Shown one piece after another: positions 42,911 to 55,409 of a stretch of DNA of 64,000 bases. The DNA comes from an uncultured Gemmatimonadaceae bacterium (GTDB lineage: Bacteria > Gemmatimonadota > Gemmatimonadetes > Gemmatimonadales > Gemmatimonadaceae): positions 352,001 to 416,000 of the forward strand of contig CAVVTZ010000011.1 of NCBI GenBank assembly GCA_963751275.1. The letters run 5' to 3'. A program made the translations under genes and the position numbers. The first letter of the stretch is position 1, and every line of letters starts with the position of its first letter. The notes beneath the pieces were generated by a model. It searched no databases. It saw only the letters and a program-made list of their open reading frames with translations, and was not told the DNA's origin.

Positions 42911-42942
42911 GAAGCGGGCCCGGCTTTCGCCGGGCCCGCTTC
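42911..42942. terminator. GC-rich hairpin downstream of groEL
   Basis: gaagcgggcccggc-tttc-gccgggcccgcttc, perfect 14-bp stem with weak U-tract. Confidence 0.7.
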
Positions 42943-42983
42943 GGCCGTATCTAACGTCCAACGCCCAACGTCTGGGAGTTGGT

Positions 42984-44648
<1,665 letters not shown>

Positions 44649-44662
44649 TTAGTTGGTGCGGA

Positions 44663-44968
44663 TCAAACGATCGCGAGGACGTCGCTCTCGCGCAGGATCA
44701 GATACTGCTCGTTGTCGAGGGTGACCTCGGTGCCGCTGTACTTCCCGTAGAGCACCTTGTCGCCGACCTTGACCTCCATCGGCACGCGCTTGTCCTTCTC
44801 ATAGCGGCCGGGACCGGCGGCGACGATCTCGCCGACCTGCGGCTTCTCCTTGGCGGTATCGGGGATGTAGAGTCCGCCGCGCATCGACTCGGCTTCCTCC
44901 ATTGGCCGTACCACAACACGATCTGCGAGCGGATTGACCTTCACCGCATGCGCGCTCTTCGTGGCCAT
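44663..44968 (-). CDS. groS: Co-chaperonin GroES
   Basis: [33 protein letters not shown]. Confidence 0.98.
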   Translation of the reverse strand: MATKSAHAVKVNPLADRVVVRPMEEAESMRGGLYIPDTAKEKPQVGEIVAAGPGRYEKDKRVPMEVKVGDKVLYGKYSGTEVTLDNEQYLILRESDVLAIV

Positions 44969-45028
44969 ATCGCTGGTCCTCCTCCGTATGGGTTCAACAG
45001 GAAGTGATAGATATAGTAGTGCGCCTTC

Positions 45029-45055
45029 TTAGCACTCACCTGCCCTGAGTGCTAG
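45029..45055. promoter_or_regulatory. CIRCE element (HrcA operator)
   Basis: TTAGCACTC-N9-GAGTGCTAG, one mismatch to consensus, upstream of groES. Confidence 0.95.
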
Positions 45056-45061
45056 CACCTC

Positions 45062-45090
45062 AATCTATCGGATCGCGAAGCGCATCGCAA
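45062..45090 (-). promoter_or_regulatory. sigma70-like promoter of groESL
   Basis: Minus strand TTGCGA-N17-TAGATT directly upstream of CIRCE. Confidence 0.7.
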
Positions 45091-45236
45091 CACTCGATCC
45101 GGTAACGAGCGACATGTGTGAAGTCACGGGAATGTGACGCCGTAACTAATTGTTATATAAGTTGTTGCAGTTATCAACAAATTCTGCACTCGACCGGGCG
45201 AAAGGGACTTATGCGCCACGCGGGGCAAGCCGCGCC

Positions 45237-45348
45237 ATCCGCGCCCTCCGCGTGATCCGCGTGCAAGCAGTTGCACTTCTGGCGGAGTGCCGAGATCACC
45301 ACAACTGCTTCCACGCGGATCACGCGGAATAGCGCTGAACACGCGGAT
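45237..45348. repeat. Inverted pair of ~9-bp tandem repeats (ATCCGCGTG / CACGCGGAT)
   Basis: atccgcgccctccgcgtgatccgcgtgcaagcagttg ... caactgcttccacgcggatcacgcggaatagcgctgaacacgcggat. Confidence 0.75.
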
Positions 45349-45418
45349 CGGCCCGCGATGCGAATTGGCGCCACAAGGCGCGGCAAGTTTCGATTTCTTG
45401 GCTAACTGCGAACCACCG

Positions 45419-46327
45419 TCAGATCGCGAACGCGGCAATGACGGCGATATCGGTGATCGCCCAGGCGACGAGGGCGGCGTACATGCCCTTCTGATGCTCG
45501 GCGGGGGTCATGCGCTGGTGCGCGGCGAGCCAAGGGAACAGCACGGCGCTCCATGACGCGGCGGCGATCGCGAGGCCGAGCCACTGCCACAACGCGATGT
45601 GCGTTTGGGCGGCGGCCCAGGTCAGCATCGCGAAGGCGACCACGGCCGCGCCGGCGGCGACGATGAGGCTGCCGCGCATGCCGAGCATCAAGGCGAGTGT
45701 CCGGTCGCCTCGGCGCGTGTCCTCATCGAACTGATATAGCTGCGTGAGCGGATAGAGCGACGCAAAGAGCGCGCAGAAACTCCACAGCACCACCGCCATC
45801 ACGCCGGGCAGCGGGCGGCCGGTGATCGCCCAGCCCGCGTACGGCGTGAGCGTGCCGAAGCCGATCATGTTGATCAGCCAGTCGGCGCCGGCCACCGCCT
45901 TCAATCGAACCGGGGGCACCGAATACACGAGCGACATCACGAAGCACGCCGCGTACGCGAGCGCGAAACCCACCGGCAGCGCGAAGGCGAGCACCTGCCC
46001 CGCCGCCATCATCGCCAGCGCGAAGGGCGCGAGCCGCGCCGGGGCCGGCGGCGGCGCATCGAGATAGCCGATGTCCCCTTCGTCCTTGTCGAAGGCGCTG
46101 TTGATCGCGAGCGTGCCGCCATTCCCCAGGATCACCCAGATGAGCAGCCCGGCGATGAGCGAGCCGAGTTGCTCGCCATGGAGCACGCCGCTCACGCCCA
46201 CCGCCAGAATGAATCCCAGCGCCGTGTGCGCGGCCATGATCGGCCACTCGGCAGGGCGCAAATGCAGCACATAGCTGAACGCGTCGCCCGGCAGCAGGCG
46301 GTAGCCCAGATCGCGCACCCGCTTCAC
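45419..46327 (-). CDS. UbiA family prenyltransferase
   Basis: Multiple transmembrane helices; INSAFDKDEGD, YSVPPVRLK, YQFDEDTRRGDRT. Confidence 0.8.
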   Translation of the reverse strand: MKRVRDLGYRLLPGDAFSYVLHLRPAEWPIMAAHTALGFILAVGVSGVLHGEQLGSLIAGLLIWVILGNGGTLAINSAFDKDEGDIGYLDAPPPAPARLAPFALAMMAAGQVLAFALPVGFALAYAACFVMSLVYSVPPVRLKAVAGADWLINMIGFGTLTPYAGWAITGRPLPGVMAVVLWSFCALFASLYPLTQLYQFDEDTRRGDRTLALMLGMRGSLIVAAGAAVVAFAMLTWAAAQTHIALWQWLGLAIAAASWSAVLFPWLAAHQRMTPAEHQKGMYAALVAWAITDIAVIAAFAI

Positions 46328-47109
46328 GCGCGCGTACCGCCTTCGAGCAGCGTGTACGCGATCTGCAGGCCGTACAGCGTGAGGAACGGCTCCACGACTT
46401 CGATCTGCTCCGAGAGCGGCGCGATCACCTCGGCGAGTCCACCGGTGGCGACCACCTTCGGGACGCGCCCGCCCGGCCACTCCTTCTTCAGGCGGCGCAC
46501 GAGGCCGTCGATCATCTCCGCGGTGCCGAGCATCACACCGGCACGAATACACTCCTCCGTGCGGCGGCCGAGCGCGCGCTTGGGCGGCACGAGTTCCGTG
46601 GCCGGGAGCTTCGAGGTGCGGCGGATGAGCGTGTCCGCCGATGTGCGCAGACCAGGCGCGATGATCCCGCCGAGGAAGACGCCCTCGGCGGTGATGCAGT
46701 CGTAGGTCGTGGCAGTGCCCAGGTCAACGACAATGGTGTCGGTCTTGTAGAGGCGGCTCGCCGCGAGCGTGTTGATGAGGCGGTCCGCACCCACGGTGGC
46801 GGGCTCCTCCACGTCGAGCACGATCGGGAGCCCCGACGAGGCGTCGACGATCCGCGGCGATGTGCCGAAGAGCGCGCGACAACCGTCGGCCAGCGGCCCG
46901 GTGACGGCGGGCACCACCGAGCCGATCGCCGAGCCCGTGATCGCGGCGCGCTTCACGTCGCGGTAGCGCAGCAGTCCATCGAGCATCATCGCGCATTCAT
47001 CGGGCGTGCGCGACGCATCGGTGTTGGTGCGCCAATGCGCCTCCAGGCGCGCGCCATCGAAGAGACCGATGGTGGTCTCGGTGTTGCCCACATCGAAGAC
47101 GAGTATCAC
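46324..47109 (-). CDS. coaX: Type III pantothenate kinase
   Basis: FDVGNTET, SVVP, VGADR, VDLGTATTYD, GGIIAPG, ATGG. Confidence 0.95.
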   Translation of the reverse strand: MILVFDVGNTETTIGLFDGARLEAHWRTNTDASRTPDECAMMLDGLLRYRDVKRAAITGSAIGSVVPAVTGPLADGCRALFGTSPRIVDASSGLPIVLDVEEPATVGADRLINTLAASRLYKTDTIVVDLGTATTYDCITAEGVFLGGIIAPGLRTSADTLIRRTSKLPATELVPPKRALGRRTEECIRAGVMLGTAEMIDGLVRRLKKEWPGGRVPKVVATGGLAEVIAPLSEQIEVVEPFLTLYGLQIAYTLLEGGTRA

Positions 47110-47865
47110 GCTGTTCCCTCCGCAAGGACGAGCGATCCGCTGCGGCACGCGGTGGTGCCGGCCGCGGTGGTGATGAGGAGCGCGCCGTTGGCATCGATCC
47201 CCGCCACCGAACCGACGGCCGGCTCGGTGCACTGACGTCCGCGCGCGAGGTCGCGTGCCGCGAATTCGGTGAGTTCCTTCGGCGAGAGCGGTCCCGTGGC
47301 CGCGGCGGCCGCGCGCAGCGCGGGAATGAGCTCCGCGAGCACTTCCACGCGCGACGTGCCGCCGCGGAGCGCGGCGGCCGGCAGCGCGCGCGGCGCCAGG
47401 AGATTGATGCCGATCCCGATGGCGACCCACTCGAGCTTCTCCTCGCGCCAGCGCGCTTCCACGAGCACGCCGGCGAGCTTCTCGCCGCCCACGTACAGAT
47501 CGTTGGGCCACTTGAGCTGCACCGGCGATGTGGTGAACCGGTCGAGCACGCGCGCGGCCTTGAGGCCCGACGCGCAGTGACAGGAGCTCGATCGCCTTCG
47601 GGTCGCGCGGGCGCTCGAGCAGCGTCACCAGGATCCCGGCGCCGGCGGCCGAGGTCCAGGTGCGGCCGCCGCGTCCGCGCCCGGCTGTCTGTTCCTCCGC
47701 GAGGATCAGGGTCCCCGCGGGCGCGCCGGATTCCGCGATCGCGTGCGCGACATCGAGGGTGGACGTCACCGAGTCGTAGACCTCCACGCGCGGCAGATCG
47801 AGCAGCTGCATGAGCGAGGCGCCCGCGCGGCCGTCGTAGGTGTCATTCGCGCCGACGCGCGACAT
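47106..47865 (-). CDS. birA: Biotin--acetyl-CoA-carboxylase ligase (frameshift ~47565; start uncertain)
   Basis: AEEQTAGRGRGGRTW, LKWPND, KLAGVLVE, GIGIN; no N-terminal HTH. Confidence 0.9.
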
Positions 47866-47875
47866 GCCGCGCTGA

Positions 47876-48679
47876 TCAACCACGGTAGGCCACGAGCGCG
47901 AGCACGGCCGCGCCGAGCACGAGCCGGTAGAGGGCGAAGACACCGAAGCTGTTGCGCGTCACGAAGCGTAGCAGCACGGCGATCGCGAACCACCCGCTCA
48001 CCGCCGCGGCGGTCACGCCCACGAGCAGCGGCATCGCGAGCGCGTGCTCGTGCAGCAGGTGCGGCACCTTGAACAGCGCCGCCGCGGCGATGATCGGCAT
48101 GCTCATGAGGAAGCTGAAGGTCGCGGCGCTCTCGCGGTCGAGGTCGAGCGCGCGGCCGGCGGTGATCGTCGAGCCGGACCGGGATACGCCGGGGATGATC
48201 GCGAACATCTGCGCGGCGCCGATCAGCAGCGCGTCGCGGCCGCGGATGTCGCCGATCGTGCGCGTCTCGGGCGCCGCGCGGTCCACCACCCAGAGGATCA
48301 CGCCCATCACCATCGTCGCGCCCGCGATCAACGCCGGCGCACGGAACGCGTGCTCGGCGTACTTGTCGAGGAAGACGCCCGCAATGCCGCCGGGGATCGT
48401 CGCGATGATCAGGAAGAGCACGCGGCGCTCTTCCGGCGTCACGATCTTCCGGGTGCGCACGATGTTCAGCGCGGCGCGCGCGAGCCGCATCCACTCGGCG
48501 CGGAAGTAGCCGAGGACGGCCACGAGCGTGCCGAGGTGGAGCGCGACGTCGAAGGAGAGTCCCGGCTCGGGCCAGCCGAAGACCCACGGCGCGAGCGCCA
48601 AATGCGCGGAGCTGCTGATCGGCAGGAACTCGGCGAGGCCTTGGAGAATGCCGAGGACGAAGGCCTGGAAGAGGGTCAT
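47876..48679 (-). CDS. uppP: Undecaprenyl-diphosphate phosphatase
   Basis: QGLAEFLPISSSAH, PGVSRSGSTI, FSFLMSMP. Confidence 0.96.
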   Translation of the reverse strand: MTLFQAFVLGILQGLAEFLPISSSAHLALAPWVFGWPEPGLSFDVALHLGTLVAVLGYFRAEWMRLARAALNIVRTRKIVTPEERRVLFLIIATIPGGIAGVFLDKYAEHAFRAPALIAGATMVMGVILWVVDRAAPETRTIGDIRGRDALLIGAAQMFAIIPGVSRSGSTITAGRALDLDRESAATFSFLMSMPIIAAAALFKVPHLLHEHALAMPLLVGVTAAAVSGWFAIAVLLRFVTRNSFGVFALYRLVLGAAVLALVAYRG

Positions 48680-48709
48680 CGCGAGGGGAACGAGTGGGGC
48701 GGCAAGGAA

Positions 48710-49516
48710 TCAGATCCGAGCGATCACGAACGCGAGCATCGTGCAGACCATCGCCGCCTTGAGCGCGCGGGGCGCACCGGGCAGCCCGCGCATCGAGCGC
48801 GCCGCGCCGATCGCCGTCAGCAGGAGCGCCGGCAGGATCAGCCATTCGAGCCGCGGCAGTGCGCGCGCGACGGGGATAATCTGCACCGCGAACGCGAGCG
48901 AGCGCGACGACGATCAGCGTTCGAGCCACCGGAAGGCCCCCACCGGATGGGGACAGTGCGTCTATGACCGGTGTCGCCGGGCATGTCATCAATGTCCTTC
49001 GCGATCTCGCGCGCGAAGTGCATTGGCGACGGCGATCGCGACCAGCACGAGACCCGCGGTCGGATTGCGCACAGCCCACGCACCGTATAGGAATGGCAGC
49101 GAGGCGAGGGCCGCGACGATGATGTTCCCCGGCAGCCCGTTCGCTTTGGATCGGACGTTGTACTCCAGGATGAGCCAGTAGACGGCGCAACTCACGAGAG
49201 CGAGCCAGGAGTTCACGAAGGCGCTGAGGAGACTTCCGAGCACGCCGCCGCCGATGCCGATCTTGAGGGCGACGACTGGGTCGACCCGCCCGGACGGTAA
49301 TGGACGAGATGGATGCGCTCGCTGGTCGATCGCCCGATCGAATGCATCATTCATCGCGTTCGCACCGACCGTGAAGCAGATCGCCGCGAGCGCCGCGAAG
49401 GTCACCGGAACGGAATGCCCCCACCCTGCCCACCACGCGCCCACGAACACGCCCGCCGCCGCGATGAGGCAGTTCTGCCAGCGCGCCAGCTCGAAGTACG
49501 CGCTAACCGAGGACAC
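48710..49516 (-). CDS. DGGGP-synthase-like UbiA prenyltransferase (frameshifted)
   Basis: ELARWQN, NAMNDAFDRAIDQRAHPSRPLPSG, GNIIVA..FLYG, REIAKDIDDMPGD, C-terminal LKAAMVC. Confidence 0.75.
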
Positions 49517-50631
49517 CTTCGTAGAAGCGCTCGTATTGCGCGACGATCTCGTCCTGTCCGAAGCGCGCCCGCGCATCGGCCGCCGCGGCGGCGCTCATCG
49601 ATTCCCACTTCGCGCGGTCTCCAAGGATCGCGACCGCGGCGGCCGCCATCCCTTCCACATCGCCCGCCGGCCGCAGCGAACCCGTCACGCCGTCGCGCAC
49701 GACCTCGGGCAGTCCGCCCGCGTTCGAGCACACCACCGGCACGCCGCACGCGAGCGCCTCGAGCGCCGACAAGCCGAAGGATTCATTCTCGCTCGGCAGC
49801 AGGAAGAGGTCGGCGCTCGCGAGCAGCGGCGCCACGGCGTCGAGCTTGCCCAGGAAATACACGTGCTCGGCGACGCCGAGGTCGCGCGCCTCCTGCTCGG
49901 CGGCGCCGCGATCCGGACCGTCGCCCACCATCACGAGCGCGGAGGGCAGCTCGCGCTGCACGCGCGCGAAGATCCGCACGATGTCGCGCACGCGCTTCAC
50001 CGGCCGGAAGTTCGACACGTGGATCATGATCTTCCGCTTGTTGCCGACCTGCTCGCGGAGCAGCGGCGGATAGAGTGCGCGGTCGTAGACGGCCGGATCG
50101 ACGAAGTTCGGGATCACCTCCACCGCGCACGTCGAGCAGCCGAACGCCGTGTACGTCTCCTTGCGCAGATACTCGGACACCGCGGAGAGTCCGTCCGACC
50201 GCTCGATGGAGAACTTCGTGATCGGTTGGAAGGAGGGGTCCTGCCCCACGAGCGTGATGTCGGTGCCGTGGAGCGTCGTGATGATGCGCACGCTCTGGTC
50301 CTGGTCCTCGAGCATCTCGCGCGCGATCCACGCGCTGGTCGCGTGCGGGATCGCGTAGTGCGCGTGGATCAGCTGCAGCCCGTGGTCGCGCACCACCTCG
50401 TGCATCCGCACCGCGAGCGCGAGGTCGTACGGCGGATACTCGAAGAGCGGGTAGCGCAGCACGTCCACTTCGTGGAAGAACACGCGCGGCAGGAAGCGAC
50501 GGCAGCCGGAAGGGCTGCTTGTACGTGATGAAGTGCACTTCGTGGCCGCGCGCCGCGAGCGCGATGCCCAGCTCGGTCGCGACGGCACCGGAGCCGCCGT
50601 AGGTCGGATAACAGGTGATGGCGAGCTTCAC
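49503..50631 (-). CDS. bshA: N-acetyl-alpha-D-glucosaminyl L-malate synthase (frameshift ~50500)
   Basis: [68 protein letters not shown]. Confidence 0.93.
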
Positions 50632-51561
50632 GCGCTGGATCCTCCTGTATCGTTCGCATCCCACCAGGCCAGCGCGCGCTCGAGCACATCCTCGCTGCGC
50701 GGGTCGATCCGGGTGACATCCTGGTCCGCGATCTGATGCCGGAACCAGGTGCGCTGCCGCTTCGCGTACTGCCGCGTGGCGATGGTCACGAGCGCCATCG
50801 CTTCCTCGGCGTCGATCGCGCCCGCGGGCCACGTCACGAATCACCGCATAGCCCGTCGCGTTCCAGGCGGGCGCGTCCTCGGGCACGTGCTCCAGCAGCG
50901 CCGCGACCTCGTCCACCCAGCCGCGCTCGAACATCCCCTCCACGCGGTCCGCGATCCAGTCGCGCAGCACGACGCCGGGATCCAGGACAAGATACCGCGC
51001 CGGGACGGCGTTCGCCCCGGCGCCGCTCTCGCCATGCCATTCGGAGATCGGCTTGCCCGTGAGCGTCGCGACCTCGATCGCGCGGAGCAGCTGCGCTCGC
51101 CCGAGGTGGGCGCGCGCCGGGTCGAGCTGCTCGACGCGGCGCCGCAGTTCGGCGGTGCCGAGTTTGGCCAACTCGCCGGCGAGCACGGCGCGCGCCTCGG
51201 GATCCAGCGGCGGCTCCTCGAAGAGCGGCGCCGCGAGCGCCCGCACGTAGAAGCCGGTGCCGCCCACCACCACCGGCGTGCGGACGGCCGCCTCGCTCTC
51301 CGCGATCCAATCGCGCGCCGCCGCGGCCCAGGCGGCCGCCGAGAATCGCTCGGCGGGATCCACGATGTCGATCCCGCGGTGCGGGATGAGTGTCATCTCT
51401 TCGGCGGTCGGCTTCGCGGTGCCGATGTCGAATCCGCGGTAGATCTGCCGCGAATCGGCGCTGAGGACCGTGATGTCGCGATGCGCCGCGATCGCCACCG
51501 CGAGCGCGGACTTCCCCGCCCCGGTCGGGCCGCAGATGATGCGCAGCTTACTGCCGGCCAA
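50628..51561 (-). CDS. miaA: tRNA dimethylallyltransferase (frameshift ~50830)
   Basis: [46 protein letters not shown]. Confidence 0.94.
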
Positions 51562-53285
51562 AGCGACGCTCGAGTTCGTCCCAGCCGAGCTGCACGATCG
51601 TCGAGCGGCCGTGCACGTCGTGCGCCGGAAGCGTCGGTGGCGGCAAGCGACGCGTAGAGCGCGCGCATCTCCGGAGGGCGCGAGCTCGTCGCCCGCCTTG
51701 ATCGCGGCCTTGCAGGCGATGGTCGCGGCGAGCCGCTCGTGCCGCGCGAGACCCGACGCGGAGCGGTCGCCCGTGAGCGCGGCGAGCGTGTCGCGCAGGC
51801 AGCGCTCGGCGTCGAACCGCGGGTGCGGCATCGGCACCGCGTTCACGATGAGCGTGTGCCCGCCGAAGCCCTCGATCTCGAAGCCGAGCTTCTCGAACAG
51901 TCTCGCGATTCTCCTCGAAGGCTTCGCCCTCGGCCGGGCCGAGATGCAGCGTGAGCGGAAAGAGCAGCCGCTGCGACGGCTCGTCGCCCGCTCTGGAGCA
52001 CGTGCATGAACTGCTCGTACAGCACGCGCTCGTGCGCGGAGTGCTGGTCGATCAGCAGCACGCCGCCGTCGATCTCGCAGAGGAGATAGGTGCGGCGGAG
52101 CTGCGTGAGCGGCGGCACCTCGATCGCGGCCGGCGCCGGCGGTGCGGCCTCGGCGGGATCCGCCGTCACATCGAACGCGCCGAGCGAAGCCGGGTTCGTC
52201 GGCCGGCAGCGCACGCAGTGCCTCGACATGACCACCGGCGCGCCGGCGCCGAACGCGGGTGCGGCCCACGAGCGCGCGCCGAACGCCGCCGCGCTCTCGG
52301 CGACGCCGAGCGCGCGGCGCACCGCGTGCTCGACGGCGCGCTCCACCGGCCAGCGCTCGCGGAAGCGCACCTCGGCCTTGGCGGGATGCACGTTCACGTC
52401 GACGTCGGTCCGCCGGAATGACGAGTTCGAGCACGAGCGAGGGCCGCGTCCCGGCGGGGATCGTCGAGCGGTAGCCGCCTCCGCGGCGCGCACGAGGCCG
52501 CGCGTCGCGGATCGGCACGGCCGTTCACCGAGAGGAAGACGCGGCGCCCCGCGGTGCCGACGTCGCCCGGCCGCTCGACGAGCCGCTCACGCGCACCGGG
52601 CCGCTCACATCGTCGACCTCCACGAGGCGCTCCGCGAACTTCGCGCCCCAGAGCGCCGCGACGCGCGCGCGCAGCGACGGCGCCGGCGGGGAGCGCGAGC
52701 ACCGTCTCGCCGTCGCGCACCACGGTGAGCCGCACATCGCGCCGCGAGAGCGCGAGCGTGGTGACGATCGTCGGCGATGCCGCGCGACTCGGAACGCGCG
52801 GAGCGCAGGAACTTCGTGCGAGCGGGCGTATTGAAGAAGAGGCGCGAGACCGTGACCGTGGTGCCGCGGCGGCGCGCCGCATCGGCCACCGGCCCCACCG
52901 CGCCGCCCACCGAGCGCAGCGCGGTGCCGGCGCCGTCGGCGGTCGCCGTCTCGAGCTCCAGCTCCGCCACCGAGGCGATGGCCGGCAGCGCTTCGCCGCG
53001 GAATCCGAAGCTCCCCACGCCCGACGAGATCGCGGTCGCGCGGATCTTGGACGTCGCGTGCCGCTGCAGCGCGAGCAGCGCGTCGGCGCGCTCCATGCCG
53101 CATCCGTCGTCCGCCACGCGGATGCGCGCGCGCCCGCCCTCGTCGATCGCGATCTCGATCGCGGTGGCGCCGGCGTCGAGCGCGTTCTCCACGAGCTCCT
53201 TCACCACGGACGCGGGACGCTCGACCACTTCGCCGGCGGCGATCTGATCGATCACGGCGCTCGGCAGCACGGCAATGCGGGGCAT
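51548..53285 (-). CDS. mutL: DNA mismatch repair protein MutL (many frameshifts)
   Basis: [79 protein letters not shown]. Confidence 0.93.
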
Positions 53286-53316
53286 GAGCAAAGCTACCGG
53301 GCGCGACGCTGCGAAA

Positions 53317-55409
53317 TCAATCGCCCGCGAGCGGGAGGAGCGCCTCGCGCGGCACCCAGCCGTCGCGGTCGCGGTCGACGCGCACGTTCTCCCACACGCC
53401 ATCGCGCGCGACGATGCGCACGGTCTCGCCCAGATGGAGCACGGAGGCGCGTTCCCCGCCGAGCGCGGGCAGGATGCGCAGCGGCACGTCGTGCCGCGCC
53501 ACGGAGAGCCCGGCCGTCGAGAGCCGCCCCTCGAGGAAGAGGCCCGCGCATCCGCAGAGGATGGCGGCGCCGAGCGCGGTGAGTGCGATCGATGCGCCGG
53601 CGAGCGGCTCGCGGCGGCGGAGGCGCAGGCGAGGGCCACCCAGCTCGCGGCCCAGAGCAGCGAGGCGATGAGGATCACGGGCAGCGGCGGGATGGGTGGC
53701 ACCGCGCCCGGCGACGACGCCGATGCCGGCGCCGTGATGTCGAGGCGCTCGCGCACGTCGGCGGCGAGCGGCTCGAGGCGCAGCGCGCGCTGCCAGCCGC
53801 GCACGGCGTTCGCGGTGTCGCCGGCGGCGAACGACGCAGTGCCGAAGTTCGCCCACGCGTCGGCGGCGCGCGGCTGCGAGTCGGCCAGCGCGCCGAAGTC
53901 GGCGGCGGCGTTCGCGTAGTGGTGGTCGTCATAGGCCGACACGCCGGCGGCGAACTGTGCGTCCGCATCCGGGAGCTCGCCGGCGGCGAGCGCACGGGCG
54001 CCGGCGAGCAGGCAGAGGGCGAGGATCAACACCGTGGCGGGCGCGCGCCAGCGCCGCGCCTCGGCATCGATGGCGGCGTAGAGCTTGAGCGCGCGCGGGC
54101 CGGCGCCGCGCACCGGTTCGCCACGGAAGGCGAACGCGGCGGTGTTCAGTTCGGCGATGAACGCGGCGGCCGATGCCGCGGTCGCGCCCGAAGTGCCGGC
54201 GCGTCGCGCGGCGCGCCGGATCGCCTCCGGTTCGGCGAGCGCACTGGCCGGCGCGCGGAGCCGCCGGCCCACCGCGTCGAGGAAAGCGCGGCGCAACGCA
54301 CTCAGGTCGGCGCCGTCGGGGCGGCGCGCCAGCTCGCGCAGTATCTCCTCGGGCGCGCGGCGCTTTCTGCTGCGCCGCTCCCGCTTCGGCCGGTGCGCGA
54401 TCGCGAACGCGATCGCGGGCGCGGGCAGCAGGACGATGAGCATGATGTACGGCGCCGTGAGATAGATCGGCACCGGCAACTCGCCGCGGAACTCCGTGCG
54501 CACCGTCCACGCCGGCGGGCGCGCGATGGCGGCGCTGTCGATCACGGCGAGCCCACCGGGGGCGATCATGACGGGGATCGCGCCGGTGAGCGCCACGTCA
54601 TAGCGCTTCCGGTACGGATCGAAATAGGGATAGCGCACCGGCGCGAGCGCCTGCCGGCCGGCGCGAGTCGGCGTGATCTCCCAATCGAACTCCTTCGTGC
54701 CGCGGATCGTGATCGAATCCGGGGAGAGCGTGACGCGCTCGCCGGCCGGGATCGCGCTCGCCCACGGAATGTCGAGCGCCGGGCGCGGGAAGAGCTTCAC
54801 GTTGCCCACGCCGATCACGCGCACCGTGAGATGGATGACGTCGCCCACGCGGGCCGCCGTGGTATCCATTCGCGCATCCACGCGCAGCACGCCCACGGCG
54901 CCGGCCCAGTCCGCGGGGCGGCCGGCGGCGGGCGGATCGATCGCAATGAGCACTGCGCTGTCGCTGCGCAGCTCGAAGCTCTCCTCGCGGCTGAAGAAAC
55001 TATAGGAGAGCGGCATGGCGTACACGAGTCGCGCGGGCGCCACCGCGTAGCGCCCCGGCGCGAGCGGGAAGATCGCGCGCAGGCTCACGTGCGCCTCGTA
55101 GCGGCGCCGGCCCACCGGCGGCATCGGGAAGCCGCTCATCGTCGCGGGCGGTTCGTACGCCATCACGCCGCGCAACTCCGGCGGGATCTCCTCCATGCGG
55201 CGCAGCCGGTCGCGCACCGACTCATCGACGAACGCGCCGAACTCGTAGGTCGCCTGCTGGCCGACGTACACGGTGTCGGGCTCGATCACGGTGCGGAAGT
55301 TGACGACCTGCGCCGTGTCGAGCGGCGCGCGCACCACCGCCGCCGGCTTGCGCGCGGTATCACGCGCGGCGCCACCGAATAGCGCGAGCGCGAGGAGCAG
55401 CGCGCTCAC
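53317..55409 (-). CDS. BatD-like protein fused to TPR/SH3 (BatE-like) module (frameshift ~53630)
   Basis: Signal peptide, VYVGQQ, GAVG, YPYFDP BatD-like segments; TPR-like AWANFGTA; C-terminal GETVRIV..DGWVP SH3-like. Confidence 0.7.

Noticed and set aside
45141..45168. Possible dif site or oriC
   Set aside because: Poor match to the XerC/XerD consensus, and only one degenerate DnaA box with no dnaA nearby
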